A DNA stretch of 32,000 nucleotides from Candidatus Saccharimonadota bacterium (GTDB taxonomy: Archaea > Micrarchaeota > Micrarchaeia > Micrarchaeales > Micrarchaeaceae): positions 750,001 through 782,000 of the forward strand of contig OY970071.1 in assembly GCA_963705375.1 (NCBI GenBank), read 5' to 3'. Below are positions 8,725-17,278 of this stretch, one piece after another (the stretch's first letter is position 1; each line of letters begins with the position of its first letter). The notes under the pieces are model-generated. The model ran no database searches and was not told the DNA's origin. It saw only the letters and a list, made by a program, of their open reading frames with translations. The position numbers were made by a program, and so were the translations under genes.

Positions 8725-9774
8725 CTACTCTTTCTTTATGGCCCTCTTGTTCTTCAGGTAGAACGAATAATCGAGATACGTCTTGTTTTTGGTTATTATC
8801 TCTTTTACAGGTATGATATTCTTGCGCTTTGCGTCTATGCTCTCCTTCACTTCGATGGCGAACGAGTCGCTTCCTGCGCCGGATCCGAAACTTGTGACAA
8901 GTATCTTCTGGCCTGGCTTTGCGATGTCAAGGGTCGCCGCAAGGCCTATTAGCGATGCACCGGAATAAGTATTCCCTATCATTGGCGTTATCAGGCCGTT
9001 GATTATCTGTTCATTGGTGAACCCCAACTGTTTTGCGACGTTCATCGGGAACTTGCCGTTGGGCTGGTGGAACACTGCATAGTCGAAATCTGACGGTTTG
9101 AGTCCCGTCTCCTCAAGAAGCATCTTTGTTGCGCTTATAGTGTGGTTGAAGTAGCCAGGTTCTCCTGTGAACCTTCCCCCGTGAGATGGAAAGCTTGCAC
9201 CCTCCTTCCTCCAGAAGTCCGGCGTGTCGGATGTGAAGCTTACAGTCTTCAGTATCTCTGCTATGTTGTCTTTGCCGCTTTTTCCAAGTATGAACGCAGC
9301 CCCGCCTGCACCGGCTGTGTATTCTAGCGCGTCTCCTGGCCTGCCCTGTGCGGTGTCGCTGCCTATCGTCATGCCGTAGTTTATCATGTTGCTGTCTACA
9401 AGGCCCATCACAATCTGCATACCTGCTGTTCCTGCCTTGCACGCAAACTCAAGATCTGCGGCCATGATCCTGTTTCCAGTGCATAATGCCTCCTTTACTA
9501 TAGTTGCTGTAGGCTTCACTGCATAAGGGTGGGATTCCGAGCCAACATAAACGGCACCTATTTCATGGGCATCTATGCCAGCGTGCGTCACTGCGCGCCT
9601 TGCAGCCTCTACAGCTATCGTAGCTGCGTCTTCGTCCTTGTCTTGAACACTTTTCTCTACGATGTTAAGGCCCGACTTGATGCCCTCCACTTCCTCGTTC
9701 CAGACCTTCGCTATCTCCTCTGCCCTTATCCTGTATATGGGAACGTAAACGCCATACCCTGCTATTCCTGCCAT
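8725..9774 (-). CDS. hydroxymethylglutaryl-CoA synthase (archaeal type)
   Basis: ORF 8725..9804 (TTG start inside korB). ATG 9774 gives [16 protein letters not shown]..., typical of archaeal HMGCS. Also LEFACKAGT and SFGSGAGSD. Confidence 0.93.
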   Translation of the reverse strand: MAGIAGYGVYVPIYRIRAEEIAKVWNEEVEGIKSGLNIVEKSVQDKDEDAATIAVEAARRAVTHAGIDAHEIGAVYVGSESHPYAVKPTATIVKEALCTGNRIMAADLEFACKAGTAGMQIVMGLVDSNMINYGMTIGSDTAQGRPGDALEYTAGAGGAAFILGKSGKDNIAEILKTVSFTSDTPDFWRKEGASFPSHGGRFTGEPGYFNHTISATKMLLEETGLKPSDFDYAVFHQPNGKFPMNVAKQLGFTNEQIINGLITPMIGNTYSGASLIGLAATLDIAKPGQKILVTSFGSGAGSDSFAIEVKESIDAKRKNIIPVKEIITKNKTYLDYSFYLKNKRAIKKE

Positions 9775-9778
9775 TGTT

Positions 9779-10651
9779 TCACCTTTGCTCCTCCAAGGTC
9801 TCAAGGACCTGCTGCTTCGTAGGGTATGGCTGGTTTATCAGCGGCCCGTTCTTTAGCACAATATCCATCTCGCTGTACGTAGGCCTCTCTTTCTTGTAGA
9901 ACAAGCCTATGGGTATCTTCGACCAGCCAGATCTTTCAGCTTCAAGCGCTTTTTCAACCGCTTTGTCCATGTTTGTTGGGTCGTGGCTCTCATCAAGCTT
10001 GTACACTCTCTGCTTGTACCATTCATTTGTGTTCAGGTTGTTGAACGTAACGCAGTGGCTCAGAACGTCTATTATCGCAAATCCTTTATGCAATATTCCC
10101 TCTTTTATCAGGCCTGCCATATGCACAGGATCTCCAGCATAAGCCCTGGCAACGTAAGAAGCGCCAGATGCGAGCGCGACGCCTATCGGGTTTTCTGGCG
10201 TCTCTATCGATCCCAGAGGTGTTGACTTGGTCTTCGCACCCATCAAGCTAGTTGGGGAAGTCTGACCTGTGGTCAGCCCGTATATTTGGTTGTCTATCAC
10301 TATGTATGTCATGTCAATGTTCCTTCTTGCGTTGTGCACAAGGTGTCCTACCCCTATGCCATAACCGTCTCCATCCCCTCCAACTCCTATTACCGTAAGG
10401 TCATCATTTGCCAACTTGGCTCCTGCTGCAACAGGAAGAAGCCGTCCGTGCAGGCTGTGTATTCCATACGTGCTGAACACGTGGGGCATTGCTGAACTGC
10501 AGCCGATTCCGGAAACTATCAGTACCTTCTCCTTGTCTATGCCTAACTGTGTGAGTGCGCTGCGTATTCCTGCATAAACCCCATAGTCCCCGCAGCCGGC
10601 ACACCATATCGGCTTTATTCCCGATGCGTAATTCTGGTTAGTGTTTGTCAT
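9779..10651 (-). CDS. korB: 2-oxoacid:ferredoxin oxidoreductase, beta (TPP-binding) subunit
   Basis: 290 aa. WCAGCGDYG and [10 protein letters not shown] are TPP-binding motifs. It follows the alpha subunit after a 7-nt gap. Confidence 0.9.
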   Translation of the reverse strand: MTNTNQNYASGIKPIWCAGCGDYGVYAGIRSALTQLGIDKEKVLIVSGIGCSSAMPHVFSTYGIHSLHGRLLPVAAGAKLANDDLTVIGVGGDGDGYGIGVGHLVHNARRNIDMTYIVIDNQIYGLTTGQTSPTSLMGAKTKSTPLGSIETPENPIGVALASGASYVARAYAGDPVHMAGLIKEGILHKGFAIIDVLSHCVTFNNLNTNEWYKQRVYKLDESHDPTNMDKAVEKALEAERSGWSKIPIGLFYKKERPTYSEMDIVLKNGPLINQPYPTKQQVLETLEEQR

Positions 10652-10658
10652 ATGATCA

Positions 10659-12389
10659 TCATTTTGTCAGCGCAAGAGCGCTTTTGGCTATCTCCTCTCC
10701 AGAGAACGCCTCTCCGTCGTACTTCAGTATGCTGCCCATCATGTCGGTGCCGGTAGCCAGCTTTATCACCTGCGCCAGCTGCCCCGTGAAGTTTCCTTCG
10801 ACATTAATGAGCTTCTTTCCGTTCAGGAGGGTTTTTGTCCTCTCTTTGTCAAGGGGCATTATATAGTTGAACAGAACGATGCCGAATTTACGTCCCATGT
10901 TTTTGAGTATTTCCGCCGCTTCAAGCACCGGTCCTGTTGTAGATCCGAACGTGACAAAGAAGTAGTCTGCACCATCATTGATGATTTTAGGCACGAATAT
11001 TTTTTCCTTCTTGAGCATGGTTTCTATTTTCCTCATTCTTTTTTCGTGCATCAGCTTTCTCATCTTTATCGATTCCTCAAGGCCTGCAAACGCATCGCTT
11101 ACCAGCTCTCCATACTCGTTGTGCTCGTCGCTAGGAGCGACATGCTCACATCCCTTTGTCCCTGGGAATGCCCTTGGCGAAATCCCATCCTCTGTAAGCT
11201 CGTATCTTTTGAACTTGTCAGGCCCGCCGTTCTCTTTGACCACCTTCCCCCTGTCTATGGTTGCGCTATCCAGGTCGAAATGTTCGACGCTCGCAACGCA
11301 CTCTGAGAGATACTGGTCCATCAATATTATGACAGGGACTTGGTATCTTTCTGCCAAGTCGAATACCTCTGCACCTATCTTGAAGCTCTCTTCCACGCTT
11401 GATGGTGCCACTACTATTCTCGGAAATTCTCCTTGCGAAGCGTGCATGGCAAAAAGGAGATCGCCCTGCTCATTCTTTGTCGGCAATCCTGTGCTAGGTC
11501 CTGTCCTCTGCGAATCAATGACCACTATCGGCGCTTCGATCATTCCTGCAAGGCCTAGGCCCTCTACCATGAGAGAGAACCCTCCCCCACTAGTGCCGCA
11601 CATCGACCTTACGCCCGCTACAGACGCGCCGATGGCCACGTTTATTGCAGATATCTCGTCTTCTGTCTGCTTGAAAAACACGCCTTTGTTTTCATGAGCC
11701 GCAAACCACGTCATCACGCCGCTTGCCGGAGTCATAGGGTACGCGGCGTAGAACTTGCAACCTGCAGCATATGCCCCAAGCGAAAGTGCCGTGTTCCCAT
11801 CAAGGAAATACCTGCGTTTCCCATCCCCTGACAGTGTGTATGTTTTTTCTACACCAGCATAGCCATATCCTTGCGTAGCTGCCTGTATGTTATCATTGAC
11901 TACCTTATCCCCCTTTCTCCCGAACTTTGCCCTCAGTATTTTGTCAAATTCTGCGATATCTGCGCCTATCAACTTGAGGACGGCGCCTATCGCAACCACA
12001 TTCCTGATTATGGGGGTGCCGCTAACCTCCATGGCAATGTCAAGCATGGGAAGCTTCACTAGCTTGAAATTTGATGCGTCAAGAGCGCTAACGTCTATTT
12101 TTGAAGGATCGTATATCACTGTGGCATTTCTGTTAAGGTTGTTCTTCTGATGTAGTATTGCGTCCTGGTTCAAGGCTACAAGTATGTCTATGCCATTTCC
12201 ATGACTGTGCAGCTCGGCATCTCCAATCCGTACTTGGTACCACACGTGCCCTCCGCCAACTATTGACTGGTATCCTCGGTATCCGAAGACATGCAATCCG
12301 TTCTTTGCGGCCGCTTCTATAAGCAAGGCTCCGCTGGACTCTATGCCTTCTCCATTTGCTCCTGCGATTCTAACAGATACGCTTGTCAT
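10659..12389 (-). CDS. korA: 2-oxoacid:ferredoxin oxidoreductase, alpha subunit (fused gamma-alpha type)
   Basis: ORF 10659..12419 starts with GTG. ATG 12389 gives MTSVSVRIAGANGEGIESSG, the usual N-terminal spacing for this family. The start could be 12419. Substrate (pyruvate or 2-oxoglutarate) is not decidable from sequence. Confidence 0.9.
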   Translation of the reverse strand: MTSVSVRIAGANGEGIESSGALLIEAAAKNGLHVFGYRGYQSIVGGGHVWYQVRIGDAELHSHGNGIDILVALNQDAILHQKNNLNRNATVIYDPSKIDVSALDASNFKLVKLPMLDIAMEVSGTPIIRNVVAIGAVLKLIGADIAEFDKILRAKFGRKGDKVVNDNIQAATQGYGYAGVEKTYTLSGDGKRRYFLDGNTALSLGAYAAGCKFYAAYPMTPASGVMTWFAAHENKGVFFKQTEDEISAINVAIGASVAGVRSMCGTSGGGFSLMVEGLGLAGMIEAPIVVIDSQRTGPSTGLPTKNEQGDLLFAMHASQGEFPRIVVAPSSVEESFKIGAEVFDLAERYQVPVIILMDQYLSECVASVEHFDLDSATIDRGKVVKENGGPDKFKRYELTEDGISPRAFPGTKGCEHVAPSDEHNEYGELVSDAFAGLEESIKMRKLMHEKRMRKIETMLKKEKIFVPKIINDGADYFFVTFGSTTGPVLEAAEILKNMGRKFGIVLFNYIMPLDKERTKTLLNGKKLINVEGNFTGQLAQVIKLATGTDMMGSILKYDGEAFSGEEIAKSALALTK

Positions 12390-12442
12390 GAAGAATTCAA
12401 CTGCCGGTGTGTCAAACACGGCCGGTGAACATATTGAACCAC

Positions 12443-12462
12443 GTTAGCTCTTTAAAGCTAAC
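12443..12462. promoter_or_regulatory. perfect 7-bp inverted repeat enclosing a TATA-like core, in the kor / hmgA divergent intergenic region
   Basis: GTTAGCT-CTTTAA-AGCTAAC (12443-12449 and 12456-12462). The centre CTCTTTAAAG is a candidate TATA box for the minus-strand kor-mevalonate operon. Confidence 0.4.
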
Positions 12463-12496
12463 TTCGCGTTCGACAATCGGCAAACACTAATTGCCC

Positions 12497-12506
12497 CTTT
12501 TATAGG
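12497..12506 (+). promoter_or_regulatory. TATA box of hmgA (leaderless or near-leaderless transcript)
   Basis: CTTTTATAGG is centred about 25 nt upstream of ATG 12527. Confidence 0.5.
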
Positions 12507-12526
12507 TTCCAGCCTAAAATTTTCAT

Positions 12527-13786
12527 ATGGTTTTAATGTCAGATGACAAAATAGACGCCATAGTGCAGGATTTGCTCGATAAGAAAATCAAACTCCACGA
12601 AGTGGAGGGTGTTGTCGGCAATGACAGTACCGAAGCAACGCGCGTCAGAAAGCGGTTTCTGGAGAAGAAGTTCGGTGTTGAGCTGAAACACATCGGTTCT
12701 ACAACAATAAACATCAACGATGCGATAAACAGGAACATAGAGAACCCCATAGGTGCCACACAGGTCCCCTTGGGCTATGCAGGGGACATAAAGGTCAATG
12801 GCGACAGCGCAAATGGCAACTACCCAGTTCTTCTTGCAACTACGGAAGGGCGGCTTGTGGCTGGCATATCCAGAGGCATCTCTGTGATCAACAAGGCAGG
12901 TGGTGCAAACACCATCGTAATCCGTGACGGGATGGCCCGCGACGTGCTTGTTAGGGCTCCCGACGCAAAAGGCTCCAGCAAACTTGCGCGTTGGGTAGAA
13001 AGCGGCGAAGGCAATGAGTTCTTTAGGAAAGCCTTCTCAGAAAGCACATCCCATGGCAAGTTCGTCGAGGTGAGGCCGTTCATTGCTGGCAGGGATGTCC
13101 ACTTGAGATTCAGGGCGACAACCGGTGCTGCGATGGGCATGAACATGGTAACAATCGCGGCCAAGGGTGCCGTGGATAAGATGGTGCCTTATTTAGAAAG
13201 CAAGTTTGGGCTGCACATAGATGTTTTAAGCGAATCGGGAAACATGTGCGCAGACAAGAAGCCCTCTTACATAAACTTCCTAGAGGGCAGGGGCGTGTCT
13301 GTGACTGCAGACATACTCGTGCCGAGGCCGTTGGTTGAAGATATATTTAAAGTCAAACCAGAACTCATGGTTGAACTGAACAAAGTCAAGAACCTGACAG
13401 GCTCTGCGCTTGCAGGCTCTCATGGCTTTAATGCTCATGTTGCAAATACGCTTGCCGCGATGTACATTGCGCATGGGCAAGACGTAGCGCAGATAGTTGA
13501 GGGTTCCATGGCCATAACTGATGCTGCGATGGTTGGAGACGACCTATATGTTTCGCTCCTCATGCCTTCTATAGAAGTTGGCACTTATGGTGGCGGTACG
13601 GCACGAGAAACGCAGAAGGAGGCCCTAAGCCTGATGGGCCTTTACGGCTCTGGCGATGCAGAAGGGAAGACAAGGCTTGCATTTGCAGAAGTTGTAGTTG
13701 CGGCATGCCTTGCCGGTGAGTTGAACTTGCTGGGTGCTGAAGCCGGCATGGATCTTTCAAAGAGCCACAGCAAAATAAAGAGATAA
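12527..13786 (+). CDS. hmgA: HMG-CoA reductase, class I (soluble archaeal form)
   Basis: 419 aa. TTEGRLVAGISRG, GAAMGMNMV and GTYGGGT are catalytic-domain motifs. No membrane domain. Confidence 0.95.
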   Translation: MVLMSDDKIDAIVQDLLDKKIKLHEVEGVVGNDSTEATRVRKRFLEKKFGVELKHIGSTTININDAINRNIENPIGATQVPLGYAGDIKVNGDSANGNYPVLLATTEGRLVAGISRGISVINKAGGANTIVIRDGMARDVLVRAPDAKGSSKLARWVESGEGNEFFRKAFSESTSHGKFVEVRPFIAGRDVHLRFRATTGAAMGMNMVTIAAKGAVDKMVPYLESKFGLHIDVLSESGNMCADKKPSYINFLEGRGVSVTADILVPRPLVEDIFKVKPELMVELNKVKNLTGSALAGSHGFNAHVANTLAAMYIAHGQDVAQIVEGSMAITDAAMVGDDLYVSLLMPSIEVGTYGGGTARETQKEALSLMGLYGSGDAEGKTRLAFAEVVVAACLAGELNLLGAEAGMDLSKSHSKIKR

Positions 13787-13834
13787 AGGAGATAAGCGTT
13801 TCCTGCGCATACTGTCTGCTTGATTGGTGTGCCG

Positions 13835-14425
13835 ATGCGGAACGAAACCCGGCTTGTCTTAGCTTCAACGTCACCGAGACGCGATGCCATCCTTAACCAG
13901 ATAGGCTTGGATCACGTTTCAGTTGCCAGCGAAGTCGATGAAAAAAGCATAAAGATCACATCTCCGCGTGCGTATGCCCGCACTCTTGCAGTTTTGAAGG
14001 CGAGCAGCGTAGCGCCAAAATTCAAAGACTCTATAGTGATAGGTGCCGATACTATCGTTGTACTTGATGGCAAGGTGCTCGGCAAGCCTGAAAGCGAAGA
14101 ACACGCGGCAAGCATGCTCCAAAATCTAAGCGGAAGAACCCACACTGTCATAACTGCCCTCTGTGTCATTGATACTAAGTCCAACACTAGGGTTGTGAAG
14201 CTGGTTAGCACTCGCGTGAAATTCCGTAAACTGAATAGCAAAGCAATAAAAGAATACGTGCGCAGCGGAGAACCGCTAGACAAGGCTGGGGCCTATGGGA
14301 TACAGGGTAAGGGTGCTGCCCTGGTTGAGAGCATATGTGGCGACTTCTACAATGTGGTCGGTTTGCCTGTTCCTGCGCTCATGAGCATCTTGGAAAGGCT
14401 AGGTGCCCTTCCAAGAAGTGCATAG
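13835..14425 (+). CDS. maf: Maf-like nucleoside triphosphate pyrophosphatase
   Basis: ORF 13820..14425 starts with TTG; ATG 13835 gives MRNETRLVLASTSPRR. DKAGAYGIQG is near the C-terminus. Confidence 0.85.
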   Translation: MRNETRLVLASTSPRRDAILNQIGLDHVSVASEVDEKSIKITSPRAYARTLAVLKASSVAPKFKDSIVIGADTIVVLDGKVLGKPESEEHAASMLQNLSGRTHTVITALCVIDTKSNTRVVKLVSTRVKFRKLNSKAIKEYVRSGEPLDKAGAYGIQGKGAALVESICGDFYNVVGLPVPALMSILERLGALPRSA

Positions 14426-14443
14426 TCTCTGTTTCTACTTCCT

Positions 14444-15235
14444 TTAGTTGTAGCCCAGCTCACGAAGCTTTTTCATTATCCTCTCTCTTGCGACTCCTCT
14501 TCCTGCCCTTTCGTGCATGCCAGGGCTCTTATTTGGTGTCGTATCGAGCGTAGAGCCTAGAGATGTATATCCCTTATCGTATAGTGGATTGTGAGGAAGG
14601 CCGTTTCTGTCAAGATATTCCTTCACGTCGTCCCTTGTCCAGAATAGTATTGGATGTACTCTGTCGTGTACGGGGTTTGATCTTGGCGAGAATATGCTTT
14701 CCTTTGCGCGCTCCTCGTGCTCCACCCCTCTTATTCCTCCAAGGAATGCGTCGAGATTCAGGGTCTTTATTCCCCTCACCATGGGCTCTATCTTATGGTG
14801 TTTGTTGAACTCCAGCGTAAACTCTGGGGTTCCAAATCCATACTTCTTCTTAAATTCCTCTGCCTTGTCCGTCCCTGCTCTAACGGTCGTAAAGCTTTCG
14901 AAGCTCCAGTCCTGTCTGAGTTTCTCTATAAACTCAAAAGTCTCTGGGAACTCGTATCTGGTATCGACAAACAGGATAGGCATATCGTGCTTTATCTTCA
15001 ACACGATGTGAAGCATGGCCTCGCTGTCGCCTCCACCGCTGAATCCTACTCCAGGATTTTTGTATTTCTTTACTGTTTCTTTGATTATCTCTTCAGTTTT
15101 CTTTATCTTCTCGTCCAACGAGAGATTTAGCAGCTGTCTCACTTCAGGACGCATCAGCTCGATGCACCTTTCAGTTCGGCCCTCGCCGAATTCTGCATCT
15201 TCCGGTGCCTCTCTTTTTGTGTCTTCTTCTTTCAT
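14444..15235 (-). CDS. PAPS-reductase/CysD-family ATP-pyrophosphatase-like protein (lacks the redox cysteines)
   Basis: 263 aa. PP-loop GFSGGGDSEAML; CysD-like GGIRGVEHEERAKESIFSPR; NPLYDKGYTSLGSTLDT; C-terminus ERAGRGVARERIMKKLRELGYN. The only Cys in the protein is N-terminal, so it is unlikely to be a genuine PAPS/APS reductase. Confidence 0.8.
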   Translation of the reverse strand: MKEEDTKREAPEDAEFGEGRTERCIELMRPEVRQLLNLSLDEKIKKTEEIIKETVKKYKNPGVGFSGGGDSEAMLHIVLKIKHDMPILFVDTRYEFPETFEFIEKLRQDWSFESFTTVRAGTDKAEEFKKKYGFGTPEFTLEFNKHHKIEPMVRGIKTLNLDAFLGGIRGVEHEERAKESIFSPRSNPVHDRVHPILFWTRDDVKEYLDRNGLPHNPLYDKGYTSLGSTLDTTPNKSPGMHERAGRGVARERIMKKLRELGYN

Positions 15236-15245
15236 GGAATCATCT

Positions 15246-15265
15246 TGTTATAACATGTTATAACA
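15246..15265. promoter_or_regulatory. tandem pair of a perfect 10-bp palindrome (TGTTATAACA x2); candidate operator
   Basis: TGTTATAACATGTTATAACA sits between the TATA box (15271-15280) and ATG 15235 of the CysD-like gene, over the expected transcription start. Confidence 0.5.
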
Positions 15266-15270
15266 TATGA

Positions 15271-15280
15271 GTATATAAAG
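15271..15280 (-). promoter_or_regulatory. TATA box of the CysD/PAPS-reductase-like gene
   Basis: Minus-strand CTTTATATAC, centred about 40 nt upstream of ATG 15235. Confidence 0.5.
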
Positions 15281-15411
15281 CTTGCCGGACTTTGGCCGGA
15301 TTATCTGAACTGACAGAGTGCTCACAACTCTGGTTCCAGAAGACGTATATTATGGCGAAGGCTGCCAGGCAGTGCCGTCCTGGCCAAAGAAGCGGTTCAA
15401 ATGAACCAATG

Positions 15412-15618
15412 TTACTGCTTATTGCCGCCATGCGTCGGGATTATTGCCCATGCAATGATGTACGCTATGATGCCAGCTCCGTACATCAAACAAAACACTA
15501 CCCACAATATTCTTATTATTACAGGGTCTATGCCAAAGTATTCTCCCAGGCCTCCACACACTCCCCCTAGCACTTTATTTTTTTCAGATCTGTATAATCT
15601 CTTTATTTTTTCTGGCAT
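15412..15618 (-). CDS. PspC-domain membrane protein
   Basis: 68 aa. LYRSEKNKVLGGVCGGLGEYFGIDPVIIRILWVV is a PspC domain, followed by a TM helix. A GGAGAG Shine-Dalgarno (15622-15627) lies just upstream of the ATG (GGAG core ends 5 nt before it). Confidence 0.75.
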   Translation of the reverse strand: MPEKIKRLYRSEKNKVLGGVCGGLGEYFGIDPVIIRILWVVFCLMYGAGIIAYIIAWAIIPTHGGNKQ

Positions 15619-15694
15619 TAACTCTCCTTTTGATAAGAATTACTCTCGTATTGTTTAATTTATAGCTTCACTTTTGTTCAGGCACAACCTGTTT

Positions 15695-16906
15695 TTATTT
15701 CGGTTTAATGAACTCAATAAGTTCCGACTTGCCAGAGAATATGTTCTTGCTTTCTCCTGGATCCTTGGTCAAATCGTACTCTTCAGTGCCATAGTGGTGG
15801 CTCGTCTTGCATAGATTGCAGAAGTTGTCTCTTGCAACGATGAGCTTCCTATCATATGTCCTGACTGCTCTCACATCATTAGCCATGGCATCAAAAAGCA
15901 GAATCTCATTTCTTACTCTTTTACCGTCTTTTATCAAGGGCATAAGCGATTTTCCGTCAAGTGCAACAGTTTTCTCTCCCATAAAATCCAAGATCGTAGG
16001 CACTATGTCCGTGTTCTGGACCATTCCATCTATTACCTTTCCGCTTATGCTAGGCAACCTCATGATAAGAGGTGCCCTGACAGAGCCGTCGAACAACCCA
16101 CAAGTAGCAAAATAGATCCCGTGTTCGTGTATTACATCACCATGATCTCCAAGGATGACTAAGATGGTATCATCAAGCAGGCCGTCTTGCTTCAGGAACG
16201 TGTATAGTCTGCCTATTTCGTGGTCGATGATTTTTATCGTATCATCGTACTTATCTATGACGTCTTGCACAGAATAGAGTTTCGCGGTATCCATCTTCTT
16301 TTTCACATACTCTCGGTATGCTTCATCTTTTATACTGCCTAAAATCTTGTCTGATTCGTCAGTTCTGCTGCCCTTGTATGGTGTATTTGGAAACGGGAAG
16401 TGGGTATCCCAAAGATGCAGGAACGCAAGGAACGGCTCCTTGGCATTTTCGATTTTTGAGATTGCCAAATCAACAGTCATCTTGGTCGGGGCAAACAGAC
16501 CTTCTATTTCCTCCTCATTCTCTTTGTAGTAATCGAATCCTTTGGTAAACCACTCTCCGAGCCAGTCAAAGCACATCGTTTCGTAGCCTTTTTCTTTCAG
16601 GAAGCTCGGAAGCCAGAATTTTATGTTTTCGACCTGGTCGTACTCTTCGGGCTTGGTGTATGGAAATTGGTGAATGACTCCGTGAGTGCTTGGGAGAAGT
16701 CCTGAGAATATTGTCGTCACGGCGGGTGCAGTCCCGTTCGCAACAGAAAAGTGGTTCTTGAAAAGGATTCCGCCCCTGGCTATTTTCTTAAGGTTTACGT
16801 CCGTTTTCTTCTCATAGCCAAACAGACTCATGTGGTCTGGTCTGAACGCATCGATAACTATTACAATTATGTTCAGTTTGCGCACGTTATCACCGTTGTC
16901 TCTCAT
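15695..16906 (-). CDS. alkaline-phosphatase-superfamily hydrolase (sulfatase/phosphodiesterase-like)
   Basis: ORF 15695..16975. Likely start is Met-24 (ATG 16906, MRDNGDNVRKLNIIVIVIDAFRPDH). The metal and nucleophile region is ANGTAPAVTTIFSGLLPSTHGV, with no C/S-x-P-x-R formylglycine motif. LGDHGD lies downstream. Confidence 0.8.
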   Translation of the reverse strand: MRDNGDNVRKLNIIVIVIDAFRPDHMSLFGYEKKTDVNLKKIARGGILFKNHFSVANGTAPAVTTIFSGLLPSTHGVIHQFPYTKPEEYDQVENIKFWLPSFLKEKGYETMCFDWLGEWFTKGFDYYKENEEEIEGLFAPTKMTVDLAISKIENAKEPFLAFLHLWDTHFPFPNTPYKGSRTDESDKILGSIKDEAYREYVKKKMDTAKLYSVQDVIDKYDDTIKIIDHEIGRLYTFLKQDGLLDDTILVILGDHGDVIHEHGIYFATCGLFDGSVRAPLIMRLPSISGKVIDGMVQNTDIVPTILDFMGEKTVALDGKSLMPLIKDGKRVRNEILLFDAMANDVRAVRTYDRKLIVARDNFCNLCKTSHHYGTEEYDLTKDPGESKNIFSGKSELIEFIKPK

Positions 16907-16948
16907 GTTCAAGCAAATATGAAAATCACGGTAAGTATCAGAGTGAAT

Positions 16949-16960
16949 CCTTTTATATGT
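16949..16960. promoter_or_regulatory. shared, possibly bidirectional TATA element between the AP-superfamily gene (-) and the RHH gene (+)
   Basis: CCTTTTATATGT reads ACATATAAAAGG on the other strand. It is centred about 43-48 nt from both ATG 16998 (+) and ATG 16906 (-). Confidence 0.35.
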
Positions 16961-16997
16961 GCAATGTGCTGACACTTCATAACATTATGGGATCTTT

Positions 16998-17222
16998 ATG
17001 GCAAAAGAAAGCACAGAGAAAAGGAGATACACCACAATAACTATACCTACCCCTCTTTATGAAAGGATACAGCTCAAGATAAAGAACACAAGCTTCTCGT
17101 CAGTATCCGACTACGTGACGTACATTTTAAGAGAGACTGGCTCTGAAGTTGCTGTGAAGAAAACCAGCAAGAAGGAAACAGCGACAATAATAGAGAAGCT
17201 AAGGGCGCTTGGATATACTTGA
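16998..17222 (+). CDS. ribbon-helix-helix (CopG/Arc/MetJ-like) DNA-binding protein
   Basis: 74 aa. The N-terminus RRYTTITIPTPLYERIQLKIKNTSFSSVSDYVTYILRE fits the RHH pattern of beta-strand, helix, helix. Confidence 0.6.
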   Translation: MAKESTEKRRYTTITIPTPLYERIQLKIKNTSFSSVSDYVTYILRETGSEVAVKKTSKKETATIIEKLRALGYT

Positions 17223-17278
17223 ATTAAACTACTAACATCTTCGGTCTTCTTATTCGTGACCTTATTCTGTTTTGCGAG

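Noticed and set aside
10978-11697. 239-aa plus-strand ORF, and many other 60-150-aa ORFs antisense to or out of frame with korA, thiolase, HMGCS, gyrB, endA and others
   Set aside because: These are shadow ORFs inside well-supported genes. Their compositions are low-complexity or Ser/Pro/Arg-rich, as is typical of antisense frames, and none has motifs.
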